A stretch of DNA of 31,634 nt, from positions 1 through 31,634 of IMG/VR virus record IMGVR_UViG_3300032221_000120. One strand, given 5' to 3'. The translations under genes were made by a program, and so were the position numbers. This document shows positions 7,474 to 17,562 of this stretch, one piece after another. This stretch comes from a virus. Lineage: Duplodnaviria; Caudoviricetes. Position 1 is the stretch's first letter. Every line of letters begins with the position of its first letter. The notes under the pieces are model-generated. The model was not told the DNA's origin. It saw only the letters and a program-made list of their open reading frames with translations, and did no database searches.

Positions 7474-10400
7474 CTATGCCGTCAGAGCTAGAGCGTTAAA
7501 GGTTCCGACCGGGCCAAGAAGGGCCTGAGCCGAATAGGGTGTGGGGTGCCTTCGTGTGACCGCGAAGAGCGAGCGCGACGTAGCCGCCTGGGCAATCCCA
7601 AACGTGATCACATCGTCGTTTTCGTTCGGGACCGCAAGGTCTATGCGTTCGCCCAGGTGGTCCGCGAGGTAGAACAGGCCGCTCGCAGCCTCATAGGCCA
7701 GTCGAAGCCACCCGTCGCCGGAGCGCAGCGTCGTGATGGCGTGGTCCTCGTTGACAAAGGCAAGGCCGAGGAACGGCAGGGAGAAGCGGATCGTGACGTC
7801 GACCGCCGCCCCGGTACCGATCAGCCCGCTGCGCCACTCCGGCTGGACCCATGCGGCGCCAGCCTCGTTGATCAATCTGGTGGCGTTTAGCCGCTGATCG
7901 CGCAGCGGTGCGGATGTGGGAGCGGGAACGACGACCACTCCATCAGTCAGGAGCGTGAGAGCAGAGTTGCGGACAACAAAGTAGAACCGCGACTCATCGG
8001 TCCCTGGATACGCTCCGCCGACCACTCGGGCATTGACCGCCATGCGCGCGGTGTATCCAGGCGATACAGCAAGGGTCGTGAACGATGTGTCGAACCTCAG
8101 CCAGAGGCGCGCGTTTGCCGTAGTCGTGCCATACCAGCGAACGTCGACGTATGGGTGGCCATCCTCGGTTCCTGATCCAACAATCGCGGTCTGCAGCGAG
8201 CTTTGCCCCACCGGCCCCCAGAATGTCGGTGCTGTGCCAGGAGTGCCGGCAACCGCGCCTGTGGCGTTCGGGTTCCGAATGGAGTTCGGCATCGCATCGG
8301 ACGGGCGATAGTCGAACACCACCGAGAAGATGGAAGGCACGCTGGCATTCCATTCAAGACGACCGCTCGAGGAAAGCTTCGCGCCGTTCTGAAAGCGGCA
8401 CGGCTGATAGCTCACCCCTTGACTCAATGCAGCCGCCGTGCCGAGCACGCCAGTCGTCGTATTGGCCAGCGTCCACCCTTCTGTGACCCCAGCGTCGAGC
8501 AGATCGGTTTTAGGCGAGATGTACGCGCGAGTGACAGCGGCATCGCTGTCGAGCAGATCGCCAATCCATGTTAGAGCGGTGTTGTCCGACCAAGCAAAGG
8601 GCGCCTGCCCCCAAGTCAGCCCGTCGTTTCCGATAGCCGACGAGCGAAGCTCTATCCAAGAGCGCGCGTAGTATTCCTGAGCGAGCGAGATCGGCGCGTA
8701 GTATTCAGCGCGGGGCGAGTTGACCCCATTGATCCGCGCAAGCTGCAGGGTCGTCGAGACCGGCTCAAAGTCATGCAGCACCCCAGGCCAATTGAGCGCG
8801 CCAAAGTCACGCTCCAATAGGATGTTCCGGTTTATGACGGGGGCTTGCCGCGTGGTCGCAAACGAAGCACTCGAGGAATAGACCCCCGCTGCTGAGACCG
8901 CCTTGATCCAGTAGGTGACGTCGCCATCTTGACGCACCGGATACATGACGGTGAGCGTGTTGCCAGCCGTGCGCCCGATCACGTTGCCCGTAGACCAGGA
9001 GGTTCCTTCGCGGATTTCGTACTCAATGGCGGCAGAGTCGATCCGGCTCCAGGCAGCCTGGACGCGATCCTCTTGCGCGTAGACCTGGAAGTTTTCGACT
9101 GCCGGCGGCGCGACGACGCTGGTATTCACTGACAAAGCGGTCAGGCTCTCAAGGCCCACCGAGTCCACCGCTTTGATCAAGAACGTCTGGTTCTCGGCGG
9201 TCGTGAGCCCGACAAAGAGCGATGTACCAGCCACCTTTTCGGAGATGATCGTGGCTTCAGCCCAATCCGCACCAAGCTTGATGGTGTAGCCAATGACGTC
9301 GATATCGAGCGAGGGCAGCCAAGAAAGCTGCACGCCATCCACCCGGCCTTCGGCGCTGAAGGCTTCCGGCGCGCGTGGAGGCGTGGTCTTGCCCACCACG
9401 GTATGAACGATCAGTGGCGACCAATCGCCCGCCACGCTGGCCTCGGAGATGCCACGCACGCGGATTTCATAAGCAAGCTTCGCCACCACGGGCGAGAGCG
9501 ACACCGCAGGCGCTTCAACCGACACCCGAGGCCCGGACAGCCAATTCGCTGCCCCTTGTTCGCGCCATTGCACCTCGAATGAGGCGGTGCGCACCACGCT
9601 GGCCAGCGGCGGCAGTAGCTCGATGAAGATACGATCTAGCAGCGTGCCATCGGCTTGCCGCAGGATGACCGTCTCGTCGGAGCGCACAGAGCCCACGCCT
9701 GGAACCTGTGGCTTCGCCTCAGACGGCGGGGTCTGGATCGTGATGTATGAGTTGAAGGCCGGAATCGGCCCGGTGTCAGCAGTCCAGACGCCCGGCTGCG
9801 CATCTACAAGCGTCACTCGCGCGGTGAAGTTAGAGCCGGGCTCAATCTTGCGAACAAGCATGGGCGCGGTTTCGCGCGATGCCTCGCCAAACATCACGAG
9901 GTCGCCGATGGCCGGCGCAGAAGCCATCGCCACGGGCGTCTGAAGAACGAGCGTGCCTTGATAGCCCTGAGCGCTGACCAGCGAGTAAAGCTCGCTTGCG
10001 CCGGTCGAGCGGCGCACCCTCAGCACATAGGACTTCGTGACGCCTTCCTCGAAAAGCACCTCATCTTCGAGGGTGAGCGCGGTCACCTGATTGGACGCAT
10101 TGATGGTGCGTGCGGTGATCCGCGAGGAAGCAACACCAATCGCGACCACGTCATGTGAGAAGAGAACCAAGTCGCCCAGCGAGCAGCGCAGGTTCTCGAT
10201 GTCCATCGTGACGATGTGCTGCTCGGGCCGCAGCTTGCCGACCGCAAGGAGGTAGCGGCCCTCTCGATACGCTTGCGTGGGCGATGCGCAACCGGGCAGA
10301 TCGACGGTTTCAAAGCGTGTGGCGTTCACGACGCCATAGCCATCGTCGTAGACGATGCGCTCGTCCTCCTGCCCTCCGGCCTCAGCGTTGACAAACTTCA

Positions 10401-12171
10401 CCCGCAGCGCGTGCGGGTAGTCCACGAAGGTCTTGGTGCCGCTGTAGCCCCAGCTATTGCGCGGAGTGATGTGCTGGACCGGCACTGATTGCGCCACATC
10501 ACGGACCACCGAATACTTGCCGTCGCGCATGTTGAAGTTCGCACGCGCGTGGCTGGCAATGAGCCGGAGGTTCTGAAAGACTGAGCCACCTTCGATCACC
10601 CCGTCGAAGGTCCAGTACGGCTCATTGGCGTTCGGTGCAGTCGCGTCGCATGCCGCCGCCCAGGCTTGCAGGACAGAAAGGTCAAGCCGGCTGTCGGGCA
10701 GATAGGTTTCGTTGCCGCGCCGCCGAAGAATGTCGGTGAATGCCCACGCAGGGTTTCGCGTGATCTGGTAGTTCCAGGTCGCCCCGTTATAGACCGGCAG
10801 GTAGCTCTCAGCAACGCAATTGATCGCGTTCGGCACGCCATTCAATTGTCCGGTGGCCTTGATGCGCACAGCGATGAGCGCGACGCCTTTCTGCAGGATA
10901 GGCGCAGAATCCGTCACAAAGCGGAAGACAGACCAGCCGGCACGCTCGATGTACCTGTCGCCACGAAGCGCGGTGGTGCGCTGGATGCGAACGTCGTACT
11001 GCCCCTTCGGCACGGTCCAGCGCCCGCTGCGGGTAAACGCAGAGGACTCATTAGAGGTGACGGTGATGACCCCGGCGGTGCCGAAGCCTGCATCCAAGGC
11101 GTTTGCCCACGACGCAGGCTGCCAGTTGTTGCTGCCGGCAACCGCGTACTGGACCAGGAAGTCCACCGTCAGAGGGTCGCGCCCGCCTTGGTCGTTGTAG
11201 TAGGCCAAGCCGGTCGGAAACGAGATGTCGACAATTAGCTCGGAGGTGTCCGGCTCTGAGCGTCGCTGGCTCCACTCGTTCGGGTCGAGCACCACCGACA
11301 GGTTCTGCTGCTCGATGGATCGAGTGAAAAGCGTAAGCGGAGCGTCGGTCGACCAGCCTTCGCGCACCTCGACCTCGACGCCCTCGAACGCTGTGATGGG
11401 CGTTTCGCCAATCCGAATGTCGGAGATGCGTAGTGGCCCCCAGCCGACGCACAGGGCCATCCGCATGTATTCGTCGTTGCCCTGAAGCTCGGTGTATGGA
11501 AACGAGGCGAGCAGCGGGTAGATGCGCTTCTTGCCCATGACGCGCGGGATGTTCGCGTAGGGCGCATAGCGGTTCTGTGTCCCGGTTAGCTGATACCGAG
11601 GCTGAGCGATGGGGCTTTGATCGCCACCAAGATTGACGTCCAGCGTGGGGGTCGGTGGCGGAATCAGCGCATTGAGCGCCATCTGCCCGAGCATGGTGAC
11701 GGAAACAGTGATCGCGGCGGTGGCCGCGAGCGCCGCCGCACTGCCCGCTGCTACCGTGGAGCCTGTGATGGCTCCAGCTAAAGCGACACCATAAATCTGA
11801 CCAAGCGCCACCGCCACCACGACGACAGCGATGAGCAGGATGGTGCGCAGCACCTTATCGCCGCCGCCACCGCCGCCCTGGGGGATGATGCGCACGAACA
11901 CGGTCCTGCCGGCGCGAGGGCGCACACGCGACCAGAATTCGCGCGGCACTTCGACGTCATCTACCCAGACATGCACAAAGCGCTCGTAGTGCGCCGGAAG
12001 CTTCAGTTCCGCCACAATCTGCGCGAGGTTCTGACCTTCGCCGGCCACCCCATAGTCCATCAGCCGATCAAAGGCGTTCGGCTGGTAGACGACCAAAGAG
12101 CCCGTAGGCTGGACGGCAGGCAAAAGGATCGGGGCGGGCGCTTCGGGTGTCATGCCGGTGACAAATGACAT
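7474..12171 (-). CDS. Central tail fibre / host specificity protein (lambda J-like) with N-terminal gpI-like region, FnIII-like repeats and C-terminal lectin-like domains
   Basis: 1565 aa after NlpC/P60; GQYDVRIQR, TRNPAWAFTD, WAAACD, GDLV motifs; N-terminal ubiquitin-like plus hydrophobic segment; FnIII-like VVGKTTPP..P..F..LSW repeats. Confidence 0.88.
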   Translation of the reverse strand: MSFVTGMTPEAPAPILLPAVQPTGSLVVYQPNAFDRLMDYGVAGEGQNLAQIVAELKLPAHYERFVHVWVDDVEVPREFWSRVRPRAGRTVFVRIIPQGGGGGGDKVLRTILLIAVVVVAVALGQIYGVALAGAITGSTVAAGSAAALAATAAITVSVTMLGQMALNALIPPPTPTLDVNLGGDQSPIAQPRYQLTGTQNRYAPYANIPRVMGKKRIYPLLASFPYTELQGNDEYMRMALCVGWGPLRISDIRIGETPITAFEGVEVEVREGWSTDAPLTLFTRSIEQQNLSVVLDPNEWSQRRSEPDTSELIVDISFPTGLAYYNDQGGRDPLTVDFLVQYAVAGSNNWQPASWANALDAGFGTAGVITVTSNESSAFTRSGRWTVPKGQYDVRIQRTTALRGDRYIERAGWSVFRFVTDSAPILQKGVALIAVRIKATGQLNGVPNAINCVAESYLPVYNGATWNYQITRNPAWAFTDILRRRGNETYLPDSRLDLSVLQAWAAACDATAPNANEPYWTFDGVIEGGSVFQNLRLIASHARANFNMRDGKYSVVRDVAQSVPVQHITPRNSWGYSGTKTFVDYPHALRVKFVNAEAGGQEDERIVYDDGYGVVNATRFETVDLPGCASPTQAYREGRYLLAVGKLRPEQHIVTMDIENLRCSLGDLVLFSHDVVAIGVASSRITARTINASNQVTALTLEDEVLFEEGVTKSYVLRVRRSTGASELYSLVSAQGYQGTLVLQTPVAMASAPAIGDLVMFGEASRETAPMLVRKIEPGSNFTARVTLVDAQPGVWTADTGPIPAFNSYITIQTPPSEAKPQVPGVGSVRSDETVILRQADGTLLDRIFIELLPPLASVVRTASFEVQWREQGAANWLSGPRVSVEAPAVSLSPVVAKLAYEIRVRGISEASVAGDWSPLIVHTVVGKTTPPRAPEAFSAEGRVDGVQLSWLPSLDIDVIGYTIKLGADWAEATIISEKVAGTSLFVGLTTAENQTFLIKAVDSVGLESLTALSVNTSVVAPPAVENFQVYAQEDRVQAAWSRIDSAAIEYEIREGTSWSTGNVIGRTAGNTLTVMYPVRQDGDVTYWIKAVSAAGVYSSSASFATTRQAPVINRNILLERDFGALNWPGVLHDFEPVSTTLQLARINGVNSPRAEYYAPISLAQEYYARSWIELRSSAIGNDGLTWGQAPFAWSDNTALTWIGDLLDSDAAVTRAYISPKTDLLDAGVTEGWTLANTTTGVLGTAAALSQGVSYQPCRFQNGAKLSSSGRLEWNASVPSIFSVVFDYRPSDAMPNSIRNPNATGAVAGTPGTAPTFWGPVGQSSLQTAIVGSGTEDGHPYVDVRWYGTTTANARLWLRFDTSFTTLAVSPGYTARMAVNARVVGGAYPGTDESRFYFVVRNSALTLLTDGVVVVPAPTSAPLRDQRLNATRLINEAGAAWVQPEWRSGLIGTGAAVDVTIRFSLPFLGLAFVNEDHAITTLRSGDGWLRLAYEAASGLFYLADHLGERIDLAVPNENDDVITFGIAQAATSRSLFAVTRRHPTPYSAQALLGPVGTFNALALTA

Positions 12172-12172
12172 A

Positions 12173-12592
12173 TCAGGCCCTTTTCCGATAGAACCCCTTG
12201 ATGCGGCGAGCCCAGAACGGGCGGTCGTAGGCTTCCAAGCAGGAATCCGCGCCTTCCAGGCTATGAAGCATAAAACCGGGGGCTATCACAAGACCGACGT
12301 GGATCGGCTGGGCTCTCAGCATGATGAGAATACCATCCCCGAGCCGTTCTTGCCCGGTAGGCACGACCTCGAAGTGCTGAGCGTGCTCCAGCGCGTCTTG
12401 CCCGAGCCGCTGTGCGCCGATCTGCTCGTGCCAGCCGACCCCACGGTAGAGGGGTAGTGGCTGCCCGAATTCCCGATCCCAGATCAGGTTGACGAGCCCC
12501 CAGCAGTCCACCCCGTCCAAATCCCGGCCATACATGCGGTAAGGCAGCCCGACATAGCGCGCCACCCACGCGGGAATATCCGGGCCGGACAC
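12173..12592 (-). CDS. NlpC/P60 tail assembly protein (gpK-like)
   Basis: YVGLPY..GRD..GVDCWGLV, HVGL, MLHS catalytic Cys-His-His pattern; GTG start. Confidence 0.9.
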   Translation of the reverse strand: MSGPDIPAWVARYVGLPYRMYGRDLDGVDCWGLVNLIWDREFGQPLPLYRGVGWHEQIGAQRLGQDALEHAQHFEVVPTGQERLGDGILIMLRAQPIHVGLVIAPGFMLHSLEGADSCLEAYDRPFWARRIKGFYRKRA

Positions 12593-12594
12593 CT

Positions 12595-13065
12595 CTAAAA
12601 GAGTCCAGGGAAACGAGAGGGCGTCATCGTGTAGGTGACCGGCTCGGCGAAGATGGATTCAAACAGGAGGTCACCTGAGACCGAGGAGACGTCGTAGTCG
12701 ATCTCGCGCATGGTCAGCCCGGAGAATGAGAATTCCACGGTGTCCGGGGCCGAGGCCAGAATCACTTCCAGCGTGACCAGAGGTGGCGATGAGATCGTGC
12801 GCACAGCCTCGACGATCCGGCGGTCCACGTTGTCGATCCTGAGCCGAGCCTTGGTGGGAGCATCAGCGTCCTCACCGGGAAGCTCGAAGTCGAAGGGGAA
12901 ACCTATGTAGGTTTGCCCTCGGCTCACAATGTCCTCGGTGTTGTTCACGACGCGAATGGGAGAATCAATCTCGTTGTGCTCAATGGTGAGCAGAACAAGC
13001 CACACCTCGTCCGTAGACTGCGCATTTGCACTCGCCAGAGCGGCGGGCGATAGCGACCTGGGCAT
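12595..13065 (-). CDS. Minor tail protein (DUF1833 / gpL-like)
   Basis: LLTIEH, IRVVNNTEDI, PFDFELP, LRIDNV, terminal TPSRFPGLF; canonical position. Confidence 0.82.
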   Translation of the reverse strand: MPRSLSPAALASANAQSTDEVWLVLLTIEHNEIDSPIRVVNNTEDIVSRGQTYIGFPFDFELPGEDADAPTKARLRIDNVDRRIVEAVRTISSPPLVTLEVILASAPDTVEFSFSGLTMREIDYDVSSVSGDLLFESIFAEPVTYTMTPSRFPGLF

Positions 13066-13068
13066 GCC

Positions 13069-13422
13069 TTACTCCGTGAGCAGCGTGAACGAGACGCGGG
13101 TGTACACCCCGCCGATCACAGAAAACTGAGGCGCCGGGTTCTTGAACCGGAAGCTCATCACTGTTCGCGTGAGCGGATGCACCCACTCGAAAGGCAGGGA
13201 GCCGCCGCGCAGCGTGGTCAGCCAGAAGTCCTCAAAGGTGGCCTTTTGCGCTGACGTCAGTTGCAGCGTGATCGAGAATTCACGGATGGCTTTCGTGAAG
13301 CGCCGCCGCGACTTCATGGGGCCGGAGTCCATCGAGGACTCGATGGTCTGGTTCTGAAACTTCTCGGAGTAGCCCTGCTCCAGCACAAACTGAGGCAGGG
13401 TGGACGGGTAGATTGCCGGCAT
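13069..13422 (-). CDS. Distal tail protein (Dit / gpM-like)
   Basis: YPSTLP, MDSGPMKSRRRFT, F..FW..TLRGGSLPFEW; directly after the tape measure. Confidence 0.8.
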   Translation of the reverse strand: MPAIYPSTLPQFVLEQGYSEKFQNQTIESSMDSGPMKSRRRFTKAIREFSITLQLTSAQKATFEDFWLTTLRGGSLPFEWVHPLTRTVMSFRFKNPAPQFSVIGGVYTRVSFTLLTE

Positions 13423-13424
13423 GA

Positions 13425-16400
13425 TTACCTCCGCTGCACTTGCCGCGAGAGGTTGTAGCTGGTCTGCAGGGTGCGGTCATAGTCGCCGCTATTCATCCCC
13501 TTCTTGACCTCGTCGCGGATCAGAACCGAGATCATCTTGCGGCCATCCGGCCCCATCGACTCCTCAGTCTCGGCGGCCTTCGAGTCCTTGTTCGTTCGCA
13601 TGTCGTTGATCACCACGACCGTGCCGCCACCACCGCCACCCGAGAGACCAAGCGCCCCGTCCGGGCCGCGCTTGAGCGGCAAGATCGCCTCCGGCCCGGC
13701 TTCGCCCATCAGCCCACGCCCGTTGGCCATTGGGAACAGGGTGGGGCGCGTGACGATGCCTCCGGTGGCGAAGGGGATCACGTTGCCGCTGGCAAAGGCG
13801 CCCCCCTTTGCGTAGGGCAGCAGTGTGCCGCTGCTATCGGTCACGCCCGCGTTGAGTTGCGCGTTCGTCGCCTGCATGTTCGGCGCCCCGCCTGCGCCCA
13901 TGCTGCCAAGCACCTGCATGCCAAAGGTCTTGGCCATGTTTGCCAGCGCCATGACAAAGGGCTTCACGCCGATCTCGTAGACCATTTGAGCGCCTAGGCG
14001 TGTGATGCCTTGGCCCATGGCGGCCAGAAATTCGTTCGCCTTGAATTTGCCGGTCGTGAAGACGTCTTCGAAGGTTTTGGTGAAGATGTTCCCGAAGCTC
14101 ATGATCCCGGACTCGAGCACGTTCATCACGCCATTGATGCGCGCGGTCTGCCGCTCGTACTCGAGCGTCTGCCGCTGAATCTGTTCGGTGATGGCAAGCT
14201 GCCGGGCGATCACCTCGGGGGGCGCGTTCTGAGCCTCTAGCTCGTTTCGCTTCTCGAGCAGCGCGATCTGGACGCGAGCCTCTTCAGTCGAGAAATTGGT
14301 CAGCCGTGCGCGCTGCTGGAGCAGCCGAAGCTGGTTCTGGAGCGCGTCCTCTTGCTCCTGGAACATTTTCGAGCGCTCGGCTTCCGCCTCGTTTCGCATG
14401 GCGGTGCCGAGCGCATCCTGAAGCTCCGGCGCCACATTTGCCTGTGCCTCGGTGATCTTGGCCTCTAGGTCCAGGTTGCGGCGGTCCTGCGCGGTGATGC
14501 CGGGCTGCGCCTGCGCGCGTAGCGTGGCGATGCGCTGCTCGATTCGGTAGAGGTCTTCACGCGCCTTGAGTTCTTCCTCGGCGTCGAATACGCGCAAAGC
14601 GCCGCTGCCGCTGCGACGGGCTTCTTCTTCGGCCTGGGCGCGGCGCTGCTCATACGCCTTTCCGACAAGCTCGATCTGCCGCTCAAGCACCCGAAGGCGA
14701 GACGCGTAATCGGCGCCGCGCTGCGCATCATTAAGCTGCCACTCTGCCTTGACGCTGCCCTCGACCGCAGCCTTATAGGCGAGCCAAGCGTTGACCAAGT
14801 CGACGACGTTTCGCCTTGGGTCTTCGGGGCCGCCGAGAAACCGTAGCTCATCGTTGAAGAGCCGCTGCGCCAGTTCGGCCTCACGCACAGCGCGGACACC
14901 ACGGCCCTGTGCCTGGGTGAGCAGATTGGTTTGCTCGGTCTGGATGCGCAGTGCCGCCGTTTCTTCGCGTAAGTCCTGGGCGCGTTGCCGGCCAAGGGTT
15001 CCCATGGCCCCGTCCATGGTGGCGCTCGGGTCTTGCCGGCGCGTCGCCTGATAAATGCGGTCGGCTTCCGAGAGGAAGTCAGCGCCAGACGCGGTCCCCG
15101 CGCGATTGAAGAACGACTGCCGCTTACGTGTCTCGTCCTCGAGCTTTCCTAGCTCGGTTCGCATGCCTTCAAGCTCTGCCCGTCCGATGCCGGCCTGCCG
15201 GATGAGGGATGGCAAGAGGCCCCGGTCATCATCCGTCGCGGTGCCATCCGCGATCCGCTCGCGCAGCAGCTTTAGCCCGGCCTCGACACGCTCGACGTTC
15301 TGCCGCGTGGCATTCAGCTTCTTGTTGAAGTCGTCGAATTCATTGGCGCCGAGTTCCTGCGCCTGGACGATAGGAGCGCGGGCCTTGCGCTCGGCCTCGA
15401 CAATGCGTGCGCGGGCGGCTTCCTCTTCCTCGGCGTTCTGCCGCTCCAGCAGCGTGAGGTACTCGCGGACCAGCGCGTTTTGCGCGCCAAGCTGCCGGAT
15501 GCGCCGGGCGAGGAAGTCCTCGTCGCTCTCCTGCGTGACGGACCCGTCTTCGCCAATAGGCCGCAGCCGCCGCCCGCCGGTAAGCAGCCGCTGGCGCGCA
15601 TCACTAAGCTGTTGCGAAGTGCCGGGGCCTTCAAGCGCATTGGTGGCGGAAGTGACGATCCGCCCGAAAACATCCGACACTCCGCGCACAAAGCCAGAAG
15701 AATTCCACTTCTGGCCAAGCACCGCCAGGAAGCGGTCATAGGCGTCAGCGGATCGCTGGTTTGCCCGCTCGACGGTGTCGGGCAGCCGGGCGAATTCCTC
15801 ATTGGCCTTCTTGCTGGCCTTGAGGATCGCCTCGAACACCGAGCGGCTCGATAGCTCGCCCGCTGCGCCCATCGCGCGAAGTTGCCCCACGGAGACGCCC
15901 AGGCCCTCGGCAATGGCTTTCGCCAGCGCGGGCATGTTCTCCATGATCGAGCGCAGTTCGTCGCCGTTCAGCTTGCCGGATGCCAGCGCCTGCGAAAGCT
16001 GCAGCATCCCGGAGCCGATCTCGCCCCGCGAGGCACCCGAGACCGCGCCGAGTTTGGCGACGGTGTCGGATAGCTGCTGGATTTCCTCTCGGGTCGCGCC
16101 CAGCGTCTCCGAGTTCCGCGCCACGCGAAGAAAGCTGTCGGCGGTTTCCCTGAAGCCCAGGCCGGTCTTCTGGGTGGCCTTGTAGAGCGCGTCCATGGTC
16201 TGGGTCGCGGCCACCTGCGAGCCCAGGGCGTTGCGCATCCGCGCGTCCAGGAGCGCGAGGCGGTCCTGGGCTTCGGCAAGAGGCTTGCTGAGGCCGTAAT
16301 ACGCCACGCCCAGGCCGGCCACCGCCGCAGCCGATCCGGCGACGGCACTGCCTACCGGCCCAAGGACCGCAGCAAGGCGGCCAAAGGCGCCCTGTGCGGC

Positions 16401-16733
16401 TCCGAGCGCACCAATTAGGCCAGCACCCCCACCGCCCGAGCCAAGGGCTCCAGCGAGCGCCACAAGCTGCTGTTGGCTGATCTGGAGCGTGCCTTGAATG
16501 CGGCCCAGGCTATCGCCAAGGCTACCGGCGCCGCCGTTGATCTTCTGTGCTGCTGCCGCTGCCGCATCGCCGGTCTGCTTAATGGGCTGCGCGGTCTGCC
16601 CGATCTTTCGACCAGCGGCGTCGGCAGCCGCGCCGGTCTTGCCCAGGGCATCGGCTGCCTGATCCGCCGCGACCTTCGTGCGGGCCAGCGGCGTCGTGTC
16701 AATGACAAACCCAAGCTCGAAGTTGTCAGCCAT
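13425..16733 (-). CDS. Tail tape measure protein, 1102 aa
   Basis: QLSQALASGKLNGDELRSIMENMP tape-measure domain, long helical Ala/Arg/Glu-rich middle, C-terminal YAKGG..FATGG..MGEAGPEAILPL. Confidence 0.95.
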   Translation of the reverse strand: MADNFELGFVIDTTPLARTKVAADQAADALGKTGAAADAAGRKIGQTAQPIKQTGDAAAAAAQKINGGAGSLGDSLGRIQGTLQISQQQLVALAGALGSGGGGAGLIGALGAAQGAFGRLAAVLGPVGSAVAGSAAAVAGLGVAYYGLSKPLAEAQDRLALLDARMRNALGSQVAATQTMDALYKATQKTGLGFRETADSFLRVARNSETLGATREEIQQLSDTVAKLGAVSGASRGEIGSGMLQLSQALASGKLNGDELRSIMENMPALAKAIAEGLGVSVGQLRAMGAAGELSSRSVFEAILKASKKANEEFARLPDTVERANQRSADAYDRFLAVLGQKWNSSGFVRGVSDVFGRIVTSATNALEGPGTSQQLSDARQRLLTGGRRLRPIGEDGSVTQESDEDFLARRIRQLGAQNALVREYLTLLERQNAEEEEAARARIVEAERKARAPIVQAQELGANEFDDFNKKLNATRQNVERVEAGLKLLRERIADGTATDDDRGLLPSLIRQAGIGRAELEGMRTELGKLEDETRKRQSFFNRAGTASGADFLSEADRIYQATRRQDPSATMDGAMGTLGRQRAQDLREETAALRIQTEQTNLLTQAQGRGVRAVREAELAQRLFNDELRFLGGPEDPRRNVVDLVNAWLAYKAAVEGSVKAEWQLNDAQRGADYASRLRVLERQIELVGKAYEQRRAQAEEEARRSGSGALRVFDAEEELKAREDLYRIEQRIATLRAQAQPGITAQDRRNLDLEAKITEAQANVAPELQDALGTAMRNEAEAERSKMFQEQEDALQNQLRLLQQRARLTNFSTEEARVQIALLEKRNELEAQNAPPEVIARQLAITEQIQRQTLEYERQTARINGVMNVLESGIMSFGNIFTKTFEDVFTTGKFKANEFLAAMGQGITRLGAQMVYEIGVKPFVMALANMAKTFGMQVLGSMGAGGAPNMQATNAQLNAGVTDSSGTLLPYAKGGAFASGNVIPFATGGIVTRPTLFPMANGRGLMGEAGPEAILPLKRGPDGALGLSGGGGGGTVVVINDMRTNKDSKAAETEESMGPDGRKMISVLIRDEVKKGMNSGDYDRTLQTSYNLSRQVQRR

Positions 16734-17087
16734 CAGCCTTGTCCTCCGAGTGCGTTTCGATGAAGGCGTCGTCCAGGGCTCTTATCGCGTCCACCTCCCA
16801 CGGGTCTAGTCTCATCCCGTAGAGCCGCGACCAAGCCTCGATCTCGAAGAAGGTGATGGCGTTGATGCCCATCCCCGCTTGCCGAGTGCGGTGAAGCTGC
16901 GAGAAAGCCGTCCAGAGGTAGCGCAGGTCGGGCGGCAGCTTTGGCCCTTCCTGCGCGATCTTGCGGCCTGTGGCACGGGCCACAGCCGCGTAGTGCTCCG
17001 CTATGCTGGCGCCGTCGCCGGCTCGCTTCGTGAGCCCAAACTGGTACCGCCCGTAGGCGATCAGTTCTTGGACGACGCCCGCGTAAA
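16726..17087 (-). CDS. Tail assembly chaperone, -1 frameshift extension (gpT-like)
   Basis: The -1 frame is open from the AAT-TTT site: YAGVVQELIAYGRYQF...YLWTAFSQL..R..GINAITFFEIEAW...WEVDAIRALDDAF. Confidence 0.8.
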
Positions 17088-17504
17088 ATTGGCGCGATTC
17101 CCAATGAAGGCTTCCACCTGTTCTCGGATGACGGGGTAGCTTTCAAACAAGGCGCGAGCGTTATCAGGCCCGCATGGGATGGCCTCTCCCTGGGGCGTCA
17201 TCACGTTTTCCCAGCCGACCGTGCAGGTCACCAGGAGATCGAGCGTGTCGCGCTCCACCTCGTCCATGTCGTCGCCGCTGAGCGGTGTCTGAGCGCTACC
17301 CGAAGCCGCGCGCTTGGCGAGGCGCTTGCGCACCGTCTCGCGCGTGGCAGAGCGGTATTGCGTGGAGTCCACCCCCAAGAGCCGAATCCGCACCGGCCCG
17401 CCGCTCTTGGCAACCAGCGGAGAGCCGTCCAGCTTGAGAATGGGCATCCACACGCCCGCTTGCGACATGGGCTTGGTATCAATGTCGGAGAAGTCGAAGT
17501 CCAT
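17061..17504 (-). CDS. Tail assembly chaperone (gpG-like)
   Basis: Between tube and tape measure; IRLLGVDS, CTVGWENV, YPVIREQV..F...ANF; GAGGA RBS. Confidence 0.85.
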   Translation of the reverse strand: MDFDFSDIDTKPMSQAGVWMPILKLDGSPLVAKSGGPVRIRLLGVDSTQYRSATRETVRKRLAKRAASGSAQTPLSGDDMDEVERDTLDLLVTCTVGWENVMTPQGEAIPCGPDNARALFESYPVIREQVEAFIGNRANFTRASSKN

Positions 17505-17562
17505 CGTTGTCCTCGTGCTTACATGGGGAAGGTGAGACGGGGGGCGCTAGGCGCCCGCCCGC

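Noticed and set aside
16733-17146. 137-aa minus-strand ORF as the chaperone extension
   Set aside because: Wrong frame and Arg/Pro-rich non-protein-like sequence; the -1 frame ending at 16726 has the gpT-like motifs
17538-17561. GC hairpin after the tail tube gene
   Set aside because: No U tract, so not called a terminator; may be an mRNA-stabilising stem
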